DNA from: an uncultured delta proteobacterium
Lineage (GTDB): Bacteria > Desulfobacterota > Desulfobacteria > Desulfobacterales > UBA2156
Reading direction: 5' to 3'
Assembly: GCA_963736855.1 (NCBI GenBank)
Contig: CAVTQK010000019.1
Span: 1-64,000 of the forward strand
Length of the DNA stretch: 64,000 bases
The notes below the pieces were generated by a model. That model was given only the letters and a program-made list of their open reading frames with translations, searched no databases and was not told the origin of the DNA. Shown here one piece after another: positions 18,740-29,450 of the stretch (position 1 is the first letter of the stretch; each line of letters opens with the position of its first letter). A program made the position numbers and the translations under genes.

Positions 18740-19525
18740 TTAGAGATAAAATGCCGTCGAGACGGCAACATTTGCGACCAGACAATAGAAAAAGCTTTCC
18801 ACGGCCGCCCGGGAGGTGGCGTATGGAATGGAAAAAATTTCGGGCTGCCTGTTGAAGCCATAAAACAGGCTCGTAACGCCGATAATGATTCCGAAACTCA
18901 TTGCCTTGATGATCCCAACCAGGATGTCGGTGAAGGTCACCGCTTTTCCGACTTGGTCTAAAAGATTGCCCAATGGAAGATCGGTCAGCGCCCAGACGAC
19001 GCCGAATCCTCCGAAAATGGCACTCACGTCAAAGATGATAAAAAGCAACAGGATCGAGATGATCATACCGAGGACCCGGGGAATACAGACTGTTTTGACA
19101 TGGTCCAGTTCCCTGTCTTCCGGACACCCTTTGACCGCAAGAACGCGCATGCACAGTATTTCGCCGGTCATGGCTGTGGCCGAACGCAGGATGAGCAGCA
19201 GAGTGGTGGCTGCCGGACCGATTTCCCGGACGATCAGGAAAAGGACGGCTTTGCCCATGAATAATTGCTCCGAAACCCGGCTGAGATAGATCATCATGGT
19301 GCTCCCAATCAGAAGGGCGGCCGGGACGATAATATTGAGGGCTCCGATACAGGAAAAATAAACCTCTTCAAGGATACAACGCCGAAAGCCTTGAGGATCC
19401 TCAGGTGTTCTTTTGAGAAGGCCCGAGGCGATGCGATATCCGAACGCCAAAAGGTCGAGGAGATGGTTTCCGGATCGAATGGCTTGTCTGCCGATGTGAC
19501 CCGTGATGCTGAATTCCACGTTCAT
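18740..19525 (-). CDS. MlaE-family ABC permease
   Basis: IVREIGP..T.LLLILRSATA, IPRVLG and TSRAAV motifs; multi-TM. Confidence 0.85.
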   Translation of the reverse strand: MNVEFSITGHIGRQAIRSGNHLLDLLAFGYRIASGLLKRTPEDPQGFRRCILEEVYFSCIGALNIIVPAALLIGSTMMIYLSRVSEQLFMGKAVLFLIVREIGPAATTLLLILRSATAMTGEILCMRVLAVKGCPEDRELDHVKTVCIPRVLGMIISILLLFIIFDVSAIFGGFGVVWALTDLPLGNLLDQVGKAVTFTDILVGIIKAMSFGIIIGVTSLFYGFNRQPEIFSIPYATSRAAVESFFYCLVANVAVSTAFYL

Positions 19526-19667
19526 GATCCCTGATAGTTTGAATCACAATAGCTAGTGCATTTCCCGTTTTGCCGCAAGGGGGCTGTCGGGCTAGCGGGC
19601 AAATTTCAATGGATCGAAAATCCTTACGGTAGAAGATCCCCTGCAGCTTGATGCAGGGTCTCAATTT

Positions 19668-20777
19668 TCATAAGTTACCAGTGTGCGGTGCGAGAGTGAT
19701 CATTCCGTATGTGTCGGATGGAGTGATCTTCAGGCAGCACGCTTTTCCGCTCCAGGCAACGGCATCTGTTGGGACTGTGTTAAAAGGCACATTTTTTACG
19801 GCGGTTTCCGGCATCGGGAAGATCCGTTTCCGACGCAGGGTAAGACCGGCAATAGCCATATCAAATCCCATCCCGATAGGCAAGCTCCCGTAATAAGGCG
19901 CATAGGCTGCCACCTTTCGACTTTTGGGGACGAAGCGGGCATACCGACGGACCGTATCCTGGAGTCCATCGGCTCCCAGGAGGATAAGGGCGTCTTCCGG
20001 GAGGAACGGTGCGTCGTCGCGGAGGCATCCGGTTGTTACGGACTCGATGACTCCATATCCATCTGCCCGATCTTCTTCCGGTAACAGGAAGAAAAAGGCT
20101 GCTCCCTCGGCGACCACGGCGCTCTGTTGGTCAGGATCGAGGGGTCTCATGGGGGAAAGGTCATTTTTCCCGAAAAAACGATGGTGACAATGGCCCAGGA
20201 CCGGGCACCATTCGTCTACACCCCCCACCAGGACCGATGTGACCCGACCTTCGGCCAGCCATATTAAGGCGATCAGCAGGGCTTCCGGGATAGACAGATC
20301 GAACCGGCTGACGGTAAGGTTTGGGCCGCATATCCCCATAAGCATGGAGATCTGGGCGGCCGCCGCGTTATGCACCGAGCCGGAGAAAAGGGTGGGAGAA
20401 GCACAAACGTCACCGTTTTCCAATACGGAATCCAGAAAGGCAAAGGTGGTGCGGGTGGCCCCATATCCGGTGGCGACGATGACACCCATGCGATCGTTTA
20501 CCTCAGGATTCCCCGCGTCTTCAAGCGCAAGGGCTGCAGCCAGGAGGGCCATTCGTGAAAAATGGTCAATGCGCCTAAGGGCTCTGGAGGGGAATCGGTT
20601 CTGAATTTGTCGGGTATCGACCGGAACGAGGAATTGACCCCCAAGGGGCTGGGTATCGGGGACGGCGAGGGACTCCACAGTGGGACCCCGACTCAACAGA
20701 ACATTTTCGAGTGTCCGGATGCCGGCTCCAAATCCCCCGACGACACCGATTCCTGTAAGGGCTGCCTTCAAATCCAA
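19668..20777 (-). CDS. Ketosynthase-like protein lacking the catalytic Cys (chain-length-factor-like)
   Basis: RRIDHFSRMAL, SPTLFSGSVHNAAA; GPNLTVSRFDLS with no Cys at the active-site position. Confidence 0.85.
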   Translation of the reverse strand: MDLKAALTGIGVVGGFGAGIRTLENVLLSRGPTVESLAVPDTQPLGGQFLVPVDTRQIQNRFPSRALRRIDHFSRMALLAAALALEDAGNPEVNDRMGVIVATGYGATRTTFAFLDSVLENGDVCASPTLFSGSVHNAAAAQISMLMGICGPNLTVSRFDLSIPEALLIALIWLAEGRVTSVLVGGVDEWCPVLGHCHHRFFGKNDLSPMRPLDPDQQSAVVAEGAAFFFLLPEEDRADGYGVIESVTTGCLRDDAPFLPEDALILLGADGLQDTVRRYARFVPKSRKVAAYAPYYGSLPIGMGFDMAIAGLTLRRKRIFPMPETAVKNVPFNTVPTDAVAWSGKACCLKITPSDTYGMITLAPHTGNL

Positions 20778-21970
20778 TTATCTCCGATTCCCAAAAGCAA
20801 CGCGGCGTTGCTGCCGCCGAAAGCCAGGGATTCTGAAAGAGCGATCTCCCCCGAGATCGTTCGGGAATTAATCGTGGGGGCAATCGGCAGCTCAGGATCG
20901 GGCGTATGAAATCCGGCACTTGCCGGGATGCGACCGGCTCCCAGGAATGCGGCGACCAGCACCGCCTGGATCGCTCCGGCAGCTCCCAGGGTATGACCGG
21001 TATGCCCTTTAGTGGAAAAGAACGGAACCTCCGGCATCAGTTCGTGAAGCACGCGCGCTTCAACCCGGTCGTTGTCTTGAGTTCCGGTCCCATGGGCGCC
21101 CACGCAGGCCACCTCGGAAATCGTTTTACCTCCTGACGACAGGGCATCGGTGATGGCTTTTTTAAGACCGGCACCATCGGGCTTTGGCGCCGTGAGGTGA
21201 TAGGCGTCGGCAGCGGATCCGTATCCCATGACAAAGGCTCGGGCCGTTTTCTTCCGGAGATGGCAAGACCTGTCCGACTCCAACACCATCACCGCCGCAC
21301 CTTCCCCAAGATTCAATCCTTTCCGGTCTCGATCAAAGGGACGGCAAGGGCCTGTGTCCGTGATCATGAGGGAGATAAAACCGTTGTAGGTCACCCTTGA
21401 AAGTTCGTCGGTGCCGCCGGCCAGAACCACATCGCAAAGGCCTTGACGGATCCACGACGCACCGATACCGATGGCGTCCGTACCTGAACAGCATGCATTG
21501 ACCAGGGTCTGGCAGGGTCCTTCCATGCCGAAGGCTTTCGCAATGGATGCTGCAGGGTTGCTGTTGAGGAATCTCCGGATGGGAATAAGATTCGGTGGTT
21601 TACCGGACCGATAGATGCGATAGAAACCTTCGTCGTTCAAGGTGCATCCCACCGTTGTCCCTATGCATACACCCGTTCGGATCCGACGCAAAGCTTTCGG
21701 TTTCCATCCGGCGTCCTCCAGTGCCTGGCGGGTGGCGGCGATCCCGAGGGCTGCGGTGAGGGATAAGTTCTGCTCCCGATAAAGGTTAAACAGAACCGAT
21801 TCTGAAAGCTCGAAGACCGGGTATGGGTTCGGATGATCGGCTGTAAACCGTCGGGGGGATTCCGGCTTCGGGTTTCCGGTAAAAAGGGAGGTCATGCATG
21901 CTTCAAGGTCCGCTCCGGCGGCGCAGATACAGCCCATGCCCGTAATGGCGACAGGCTTTCCGGGCTTCAT
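20768..21970 (-). CDS. Beta-ketoacyl-ACP synthase (active)
   Basis: NACCSG, AHGTGT and KGHTGHTLGAAG (Cys-His-His triad). Confidence 0.92.
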   Translation of the reverse strand: MKPGKPVAITGMGCICAAGADLEACMTSLFTGNPKPESPRRFTADHPNPYPVFELSESVLFNLYREQNLSLTAALGIAATRQALEDAGWKPKALRRIRTGVCIGTTVGCTLNDEGFYRIYRSGKPPNLIPIRRFLNSNPAASIAKAFGMEGPCQTLVNACCSGTDAIGIGASWIRQGLCDVVLAGGTDELSRVTYNGFISLMITDTGPCRPFDRDRKGLNLGEGAAVMVLESDRSCHLRKKTARAFVMGYGSAADAYHLTAPKPDGAGLKKAITDALSSGGKTISEVACVGAHGTGTQDNDRVEARVLHELMPEVPFFSTKGHTGHTLGAAGAIQAVLVAAFLGAGRIPASAGFHTPDPELPIAPTINSRTISGEIALSESLAFGGSNAALLLGIGDNWI

Positions 21971-22233
21971 CCTTTGAGTCGCTCCACAATGAACGATTCC
22001 AGGGCGTTTATGGAGCGGAACGCTTCGCGGCCTTCTTCCATATTTTGAATCTTCACACCGAAGTATTTTTGGATCTGAACGACAAGTTCCACGGCGTCCA
22101 AAGAATCGAGCCCCAGTCCGTCTCCAAAAAGGGGGATGTCGTCTTGGATCTCTTCCAGCTTAAGATCTTCGAAATTGAGTTCTTCGATGATAATGGTTTT
22201 GATTCTGTTCTTGATGTCCATGATGTTGCTCAT
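21967..22233 (-). CDS. Acyl carrier protein
   Basis: GLGLDSLDAVEL phosphopantetheine motif. Confidence 0.93.
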   Translation of the reverse strand: MSNIMDIKNRIKTIIIEELNFEDLKLEEIQDDIPLFGDGLGLDSLDAVELVVQIQKYFGVKIQNMEEGREAFRSINALESFIVERLKG

Positions 22234-22279
22234 TGACTATTATAGAGGAAAAGCCTCGGAGGAAAGGCTCAGCTTAAGA

Positions 22280-23207
22280 TTATGCCCACATATCATAGAA
22301 ATTGAAGAATTGATAGGGTTGGTTCCGGGTATAGGTTTCCAGGGCATGGACGAAGCGCTCCACATAGGGGCGGAAGGTTTCAGCGGATCGACCAAGACCT
22401 TTGGGGACCCTTATGATGTCCGGGATCTCGATAACATACCGGTTGGCCCCTGATTTGTGCGAAAAAAAGACCACCACAGGGGCACTGCTCGCAGAGGCGA
22501 TTTTGAAGGCGCTGAAGGGGAAAAGCGCCGGCTTACCCAGGAAATCGATGCCGATGACGTTTTTATCGCTTCCGAAGACCCGGTCTCCCATGACGCACAG
22601 GATTTCACCCCGGCGCAATGCATCCATCATCTCTAAACTTCCTCCAAGAAATCCCTGGGGATCGATGACGTGAAAAGGGTGGGGGAGGCGGGCGTGTTCG
22701 AAATAATGGAGGTCCACGTCCTCAGCATCCCTTTCCAGGAGCATGTTGACCGTCCGACCGAGTAAAGGCAATGCCGGCAGGATCGTCTGCCATCCCCCCA
22801 CATGAGCGTTCATCAGGATGACCCCTTTTTCTTCGGCAAGAAGGTTAAAAAGCCGTTTTTCATCGGGAAAAAAGAGGGTGACGGCATCAGGACCACGGAT
22901 GCCTATTTTTGCCCGATCGATGAGCACCTTTCCAAGTGCGACGCTGATTCGGTAACTGTCTGCAAAGCGTATGAAAGGCGGTTTTCCGAGGAAATCGTTT
23001 TGAAAGATAAACCCGGGTTTTTTCCCGGATGGAAGGCCGAAAGGTCATATAGTAAAAAACCACTCCGTACAGGACGGAGTACGCTAGCCAGGTGCCTCCC
23101 AGGCGGATCAGCATGTAGAAGATGCGGTGTTGGAGTCGGGAGCCGATGCTGCGGCTGGTCCAGCGCTTGACGGGGGCCGTGATAGGAGGGGGAGGATTAC
23201 CGTTCAT
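22280..23207 (-). CDS. LpxL/HtrB-like lipid acyltransferase, frameshift near 22975
   Basis: N-terminal WTSRSIGSRLQHRIFY ORF plus C-terminal ORF with NAHVGGW, MGDR and PYQFFNFYDMW. Confidence 0.85.
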
Positions 23208-24417
23208 TAAAGCTCTTGGAAATACCCAGGGCAATAAAATAGATGAACACGCCGATACCAATGGACAGGATCGGTGCTAAAAAGACGGATCCGACCCCCC
23301 ATTCCAAAAGGCGTTGCAACCCCTGACGTCCCAGCGTTTCCATGGAGATCTCGGTGAGGAATCGGCCGTGACGCAGATAATACCCGATTTCGATGCAAAG
23401 GGCCGGGACCAGGGGCGGCATGCACAGTTGACTTGCGGCCAGAGCCGCCATGCGGTTCAATCGGAAATATCCGGCTACTATCAGGATTAAAAGGGTATGA
23501 AATCCGATGGCCGGAAGCGTCCCCAGGAAAACCCCCATAGCGCCGGAAGCGGCCGCTTTACCGGGGGTCAAGTCTTGTTTTAAAAGAAATTTAAGGGAGC
23601 GAATCGGATGCAGGAGCGTAATCCGCGCATTCGGCTCATCCTTTTCGAGGATTTGGCGATGGGGCCATGGGATCAGAGAACGCAGGGTCAACCGGGTGTT
23701 TAAAAGGGAGATGCGCAGATTATCCAGGAAGGGTCTGAAGTGGGAAATCCGGTTTTTTTTCGGGGGATAATGCACCGACACATCAACGTCTTTAATGGGA
23801 AAACCGGCCCAGGCCGCTTTTACGAGGACTTCCACTTCGAATGAATAATGCTTTTCCCTGAGTGCGAGGGCTTCGAAAACCATAATCGGGTATGCTCTAA
23901 AACCGCATTGGGTGTCCTTGACCTTCCGGCCGGTCTGAACGCGGAACCAGAAATTGGAAAAGTGCTTTCCGAATCGGGAAGACCTGGGGGCGCCGGATCC
24001 TGAAAACCGCCGGTTTCCTACGATGATCGCTTCAGGATTGGTTTGAATTGCATCGATCAGGAAAACAGCGTCCGCGGGGTCGTGCTGACCGTCGGCGTCC
24101 AGGGTGATCATGTGGGTCATTCCAAGACGTCTGGCTTCTCCGGCCGCAGTCAGGATGGCAGCCCCTTTGCCTCGATTTTCGGGGTGTCGGATGGTGATGA
24201 TGTTCAGTCCGGAAAGGACCCTGATGCCGTCGTCGGTACTGCCGTCGTCGACCACCAGGACGTCCGGGATCAAGGCAAGAGTGCGGCGGACGACGTCGCC
24301 AAGGGTTGCGGCATGATTGTAAACCGGAATCATAGCCAAAATTTTTAAGGCTTTGTGGGGAATGTCAAGATCCTCCCAGGCGCTTGTTGGTTTTTGCAAA
24401 CCTAATGAAGCCGGCAA
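23197..24417 (-). CDS. GT2 glycosyltransferase fused to DUF2062
   Basis: IPVYNH, VVDDGSTD, NRGKG, DADGQH and DTQCGFR; hydrophobic C-terminal domain. Start uncertain. Confidence 0.9.
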   Translation of the reverse strand: MPASLGLQKPTSAWEDLDIPHKALKILAMIPVYNHAATLGDVVRRTLALIPDVLVVDDGSTDDGIRVLSGLNIITIRHPENRGKGAAILTAAGEARRLGMTHMITLDADGQHDPADAVFLIDAIQTNPEAIIVGNRRFSGSGAPRSSRFGKHFSNFWFRVQTGRKVKDTQCGFRAYPIMVFEALALREKHYSFEVEVLVKAAWAGFPIKDVDVSVHYPPKKNRISHFRPFLDNLRISLLNTRLTLRSLIPWPHRQILEKDEPNARITLLHPIRSLKFLLKQDLTPGKAAASGAMGVFLGTLPAIGFHTLLILIVAGYFRLNRMAALAASQLCMPPLVPALCIEIGYYLRHGRFLTEISMETLGRQGLQRLLEWGVGSVFLAPILSIGIGVFIYFIALGISKSFNER

Positions 24418-25813
24418 GGTTTTTTAATAACCGCATCCAGCTTTCCGGAGAACGCCACATCATCCCCAAATATCCCATGAGAGTGCGTGGATGGAGGAAA
24501 TGTTTCTTATAAAACGCTTTATATTGTTTTTCCAGGGTATCTTTGGTTATTCCTTTGGGAACAAAGACAAAATGCATGCAGTCCATCTTTTCCCAGGCTT
24601 CATCGAATTTGCCCCATTCGTGAATCCGCTCATAAAGCGGGGATCCCGGGAACGGAGTGAATTTCGAGAGGTTGAAGTCGTCCAGTTGAAGGGAAAAGAC
24701 AAAACGCATGCTCCGTTGGATCGTTTTTTCCGTCTCCCCGGGAAGACCCATCATCAGAAGCCCCTTGACCCGGATTCCGGCCTGTTTGATGAGACCAACG
24801 GCTTCGGCGACCCGGTCCAGGTCGGCGTGGCTGCGGTGTTGCCGAAGGAGCACCGGATCGCCGGTTTCGATTCCCAGGCTGATCATCCAGCATCCGGCAT
24901 CCCGCATCTGTTTTAAAAGATCGGCGTCAATATGCTCGGCGCGTACCGCACAGTTGAAGGTTATCCCTAAGGGCCGATCGATCATCATCCGGGTGAAATC
25001 CTCCACCCGACGGCGGTGCAGTGTGAACAGATCGTCATAGAAATTGACGTGCCGGATGTCGAACCGGTTCTTCAGATAATTCAGATGGGTGTACAGATAT
25101 TCGGCGCTGTTGAAGCGGAAGCTGCTTCCGAAGACCGACCGGTCACAGTAGCTGCACCCGTAAGGACAGCCGCGACTGGAAATACAGCTTGTATTCGGGG
25201 AGAGGGGATAATTGAAAATAGGAAGGAGATAGGCCTTGGGGAACCCTTCAAGTTTATCATAGGCCGGAAACGGCAGGGCGTCCAGATTGATGCCGCTCCG
25301 GTTGCCTGTACAGCGGATTCCGTCGCCGGGTTCCCGATAGGCAATCCCCTTGATGACTGATGAACCCTCGTATCCGCTCAAAATGAGCTCGGTTAAGGAT
25401 TCTTCTCCTTCTCCGATCACGGTAAAATCGATTTCCGGGAAATGTGCCAGGATACTTTCCCTCAATGCGGAAACATGGGGTCCGCCGAAGATCACTTTCA
25501 GGCCGGGAAGAATGGCCTTGGCCATTCGGGCGATGCGGATTCCGTCCAGGAAGCTGGAGGTGGTGCAACTGAAACCGATGCCTGCCGGTTTTTTCGCAAG
25601 CAAATGATCCCGGATCAGACGGTCGGAATCAGGCCGGGCATGGCAGTCGATGATGGCGCTTTCTATTCCTTCCCGCTCCAGGTAGGCCGCAAGGCTTGCG
25701 AGCCCTAAGGGCGGCATGATGTTGGCGATCCTGGAGATGTCTTTTCCTGCGGCTTGGGCTGCGTAGCCCAGGGGATGCACCAGGAGCACTTTTTTTGTAT
25801 TCAGTGCAGGCAT
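24365..25813 (-). CDS. Cobalamin-binding radical SAM protein (class B methyltransferase-like)
   Basis: PPLGLASLAA, GGPH and GEGE in the B12-binding domain; SRGCPYGCSYC. Confidence 0.92.
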   Translation of the reverse strand: MPALNTKKVLLVHPLGYAAQAAGKDISRIANIMPPLGLASLAAYLEREGIESAIIDCHARPDSDRLIRDHLLAKKPAGIGFSCTTSSFLDGIRIARMAKAILPGLKVIFGGPHVSALRESILAHFPEIDFTVIGEGEESLTELILSGYEGSSVIKGIAYREPGDGIRCTGNRSGINLDALPFPAYDKLEGFPKAYLLPIFNYPLSPNTSCISSRGCPYGCSYCDRSVFGSSFRFNSAEYLYTHLNYLKNRFDIRHVNFYDDLFTLHRRRVEDFTRMMIDRPLGITFNCAVRAEHIDADLLKQMRDAGCWMISLGIETGDPVLLRQHRSHADLDRVAEAVGLIKQAGIRVKGLLMMGLPGETEKTIQRSMRFVFSLQLDDFNLSKFTPFPGSPLYERIHEWGKFDEAWEKMDCMHFVFVPKGITKDTLEKQYKAFYKKHFLHPRTLMGYLGMMWRSPESWMRLLKNLAGFIRFAKTNKRLGGS

Positions 25814-25831
25814 TGATCTATCGCGTCGGTT

Positions 25832-27097
25832 TCAAGAAGTGACTGTACGTTTTTGGAATCGGCGTTTTTGTCTTTTGTCGAATCGATGATAGGTGCCGTC
25901 GTCTATTTCTTTTCGGATGACTTTTTGAAAAAGCTTTCCCATCTTAAGCTGGGGAGGAATATCTTTATAAAATGTATCCCAGGCGTAATCGTAAATTTTT
26001 TCCAGCCTCTCCGCCGATATATGTTTGGGTTTAAAAACAGCTCGATCGCACGTGTATTCAATCCAGTTGTTGCTCAAAATCCGTCCTTCTTTTTCAAATT
26101 TGGCTCGGATGGGGGTATGTGGAAAAGGGGTCAGGATGGTGAATTCGGCAATATCCAGATCGATTTCAAGAAGAAAATCAATCAACCGGTAAATGGCATC
26201 CTCGGTTTGATCATCGGTTCCCAGGATAACAGTTCCCTCCACACCGATGTCGCGATCTTTTAAGCGCTTAACCCGGTTGCGGATGATGTCGGACGTGTCG
26301 AAGATGGCCTGATAGACATACCAGCATCCGGCTTGCGCGGCCAGTTCAAGGACTTGGTCGTCGTCCAATATGGGATGAGAAACCCATTTCTTTTTCAGCG
26401 GAATCATAGCGGAAAAGAGCTCCAAAAGCCACTGCCGGTCCTGAGCAAGGGAATTATCCACGATGAAAAGACGGTTGTTGGGGATCGATTCCATTTCCGC
26501 GATGACCTTTTCAATAGGTCTGGGTCGGAACTTCCGCCCGCCCAGGTAGCCGACACAACAGGGAAAGCACTTGAATCGACACCCCCTGGAGGCGTGAACC
26601 AGGTCCAGCATCCGAACACCCCGGTACATGTAGCAATCGCGATTCAAGATTTCCCGGCGTGCGGTTCCCACAAGGCGGATGTCCGGCGGGTTGTTGAGAT
26701 AATCGTAGCGCTTTTTCAGGGTGCCTTTTTGGAAATCTTCCAGGACTGCTTCAAACCGTCCTTCCGCCTCCCCGAGAAACACGGCATCCGCATGGGACAC
26801 CACCTCACCGGCATGCAGGGTCGTGGCGATCCCGCCGAAAATGACGGGGATGTTCATGTGTCGATACTGATCGGCAATTTCGAAAGCCCTCGGCAACTGG
26901 CAGGTGAGCATCACCGATACGGCGACCAGATCGGCTGTTTTATCGAAGATCATGGGCTCGACGTTTTCGTCAATAAACTGAAGTGATATCCAACCTGGAA
27001 TTTGGGCGGCAAAGACCACGGGACCGTGGGGCGGAAGATGAAATTCAGTCTGTCTTTTCAGCTTGGGCCAATAGGGGTAGACCAACTGCATTTTCAT
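25832..27097 (-). CDS. Cobalamin-binding radical SAM protein
   Basis: DENVE, GGIATT and GEAE; SRGCRFKCFPC (CxxxCxxC); TPFPHTP. Confidence 0.9.
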   Translation of the reverse strand: MKMQLVYPYWPKLKRQTEFHLPPHGPVVFAAQIPGWISLQFIDENVEPMIFDKTADLVAVSVMLTCQLPRAFEIADQYRHMNIPVIFGGIATTLHAGEVVSHADAVFLGEAEGRFEAVLEDFQKGTLKKRYDYLNNPPDIRLVGTARREILNRDCYMYRGVRMLDLVHASRGCRFKCFPCCVGYLGGRKFRPRPIEKVIAEMESIPNNRLFIVDNSLAQDRQWLLELFSAMIPLKKKWVSHPILDDDQVLELAAQAGCWYVYQAIFDTSDIIRNRVKRLKDRDIGVEGTVILGTDDQTEDAIYRLIDFLLEIDLDIAEFTILTPFPHTPIRAKFEKEGRILSNNWIEYTCDRAVFKPKHISAERLEKIYDYAWDTFYKDIPPQLKMGKLFQKVIRKEIDDGTYHRFDKRQKRRFQKRTVTS

Positions 27098-27098
27098 T

Positions 27099-27860
27099 TC
27101 AAAGACTCCCGGGCCGGCGGGGATCGATGCCTTTGCGATTCGACGAATCATGTTTGGAAAGGATCTGATCCGCTTGGAGGATGTCGAGAAGGCTGTATAA
27201 CGGTTTTCCGCGGAATCGAACTGCGCCGCTGTGAGCCGTTTCAATTTCGCCGTAGCCCATCCTTCCGGGAACCGCTTTTCCGATCACCAGGAAGACCGCA
27301 TACGGCTTCGAATCCTCTCCGAATCCAAGCGGTGCCGGGATACCGGCATCATAGGCACCCGCCACCATATATGCGGCTTCTCCCCGGCAGATGGCATCTA
27401 AAGCCAGCCCAAGGCCGGTGAGGGAAAGGGTATTTTTTTCCTGAACGACAAATCCAGGACCCGTAATCCCAAGGTAAATGGAAGCATCTCCGATGAAGGT
27501 GGACGGCAACGTATAGGCAAAATGATGGGGACTGGCCGATCCCCATCCCTGGGACAGGATGTCCTGAAAGTAATCCATGTCCGTTTTCAGGCATCCGGTA
27601 CGGGTTGCGGCGATGATCCCGATGACTCTCTCGAATTCCCATTTCTCAAGGCCTGCGTCTTTCATGGCCAGGACGACTGCGGCAAAAGCAGCTTTAGAAG
27701 CGTCATCCATCCGACCAAACCTTGGATAAGGCGGATCCAGCCGGATATTCGTGACCGCTTCGGTAAAAGGCCCCGAAGCAAAAGAAAAAGCGCCGGCATC
27801 CTTTCCCGTGCCCAGGGTTGACGCGGTTGCCCACCCGATGCCAAGGAGGGAGATCCTCAT
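27099..27860 (-). CDS. Short ketosynthase-like protein without catalytic Cys (second CLF-like)
   Basis: FGRMDDASK and ASPHHFAYTLPS; no Cys in the GPGFVV region; truncated KS fold. Confidence 0.8.
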   Translation of the reverse strand: MRISLLGIGWATASTLGTGKDAGAFSFASGPFTEAVTNIRLDPPYPRFGRMDDASKAAFAAVVLAMKDAGLEKWEFERVIGIIAATRTGCLKTDMDYFQDILSQGWGSASPHHFAYTLPSTFIGDASIYLGITGPGFVVQEKNTLSLTGLGLALDAICRGEAAYMVAGAYDAGIPAPLGFGEDSKPYAVFLVIGKAVPGRMGYGEIETAHSGAVRFRGKPLYSLLDILQADQILSKHDSSNRKGIDPRRPGSL

Positions 27861-28991
27861 GAAGCATTTCCTTTGCCGAGAATGATGGCCGCATTGACGC
27901 CGCCGAAGCCGGAGTTGGTGGTCAGGATTGAGCCTGGTGACATCATAACAGGTTCGGAAAAAATGCACCCTTTTCCTAAGGGCTCCGGATCGGCGAATCC
28001 TGTGGTGGGAGGGATTACATTTTCCTGTAACGCCTTGACGGATACGGCCATCTCGATTCCGCCGGCCGCACCCAGGGTATGTCCGACGGCCCCCTTGATG
28101 GAGTGGATGGGAAGCCTGCGATCCCCGAAAATTGTGTGAAAGGCGACAAGCTCCATCCGGTCGTTTTGCACGGTTCCGGTGCCGTGGGCGTTTACGGCGG
28201 AAATGGCATCCGGACTGAACCCTGCAACATTTAAGGCTTGCTTGATCGCCTGAATGAGTCCTTTGCCGTCTTTGGCCGGAGAGGTGATGTGCACAGCGTC
28301 ACCTGCAATCCCCCAGCCGCAGACGGCGGCAAGCGGGAAAAGCCCTTCGGCCTTAGCCCGGTTTGGTGACATCAGGAGGATGGCGGCTGCTCCTTCTCCG
28401 AGGGAAAGACCGTTCCGGTTGCGGTCAAACGGAGCACATGGACGTTCGGAAAGAATTTGAAGGGCCGAAAATCCGGAAAAGGTAAATTCCGTAACCAGGT
28501 CTGCGCATAGCACCAGCACCGCCTCGGCTTTTCCCCATGCGATTCGGGAGCAAGCCTGGGCGACGGCTACAGTGGAAGAGGCGCATGCGGCGCTGATGTT
28601 GAACCCCGTCGCTTGTAGCCCCAGTTTTCGGGAAAGGGATTCGACGAGATGAGGTATCAGGAGCGTTTCGATTCCGGTTTCAGTCTTCCTGCATACCCGT
28701 TCCATAAGGTCGATAGGACCTTTGGTGGTGGCGGTGATGAGGAGGGTGTCCTTGGGGATGGGAGGCAAATTTTGCATAGCCCTGTCGATGAGGCCGTAGA
28801 TCAGGGAGCTCGGAATCTCCGGGATCTAAGTCCTGGATGCATGCCGCAATGCCTACCGGATAGGGCGCTGTGGAAAAACGCCTCACTGTTTGTATGCCCG
28901 TCTTTCCTTCAAGCAGGCCCTTCCACGTGGCATCCAGGGTATCTCCCAGTGCGGTCACTGCGGATGCGTGGGTGACCCAGACTCTCGGCAT
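27857..28991 (-). CDS. Beta-ketoacyl-ACP synthase (active), frameshift near 28810
   Basis: N-terminus MPRVWVTHASAVTALG is in another frame; SAACASS, NAHGTGT and KGAVGHTLGAAG. Confidence 0.88.
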
Positions 28992-29450
28992 TGAAGCGTT
29001 TGCCCTTTCCACTGATCCATAAATTCCCTGTAAAACGGCGGCGGGATTATGAGGATCTCGCCGTTTGAGATCCAGCATCAGTTGAACCGTGTATCCGGTG
29101 GTGGTGATTTTCCCCGCTCGGTTGTAAAGAATATACTCGAAGTTGAGCCGGGCGGCTTCGGTCCAATGCAAAACCGCCTCGATGGTGAACGGCTCATCGA
29201 AGGTGAGGGGCAGGTGGTAGTCAATGTGGATGATTTTGATGGGTGCAAGGATCCCCCGGCTGTAAAAGCCCTTATATCCGATGCCGCACCGCTCTCCCAG
29301 GGCGGCCCGGGCGTCTTCGAAAAAGCTGGGGTACCGGCCATGCCACACGATTCCCAGCGCATCGACTTCTTCGAATCTGACCCGGCGGGAAACCGTGTGC
29401 CGCAGGGGATTCACCGTCTCATCCGTAATCGGAAAGTAGGGCTTATTCAT
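28990..29450 (-). CDS. Acyl-CoA/ACP thioesterase (4HBT/YbgC hot-dog), frameshift near 29062
   Basis: VRFEEVDALGIVWHGRYPSFFEDAR. The 3' end is approximate. Confidence 0.85.

Noticed and set aside
28680..29450. Apparent thioesterase-ketosynthase fusion ORF
   Set aside because: It is produced by frameshifts joining the thioesterase to the KS N-terminus; two ordinary genes explain it.
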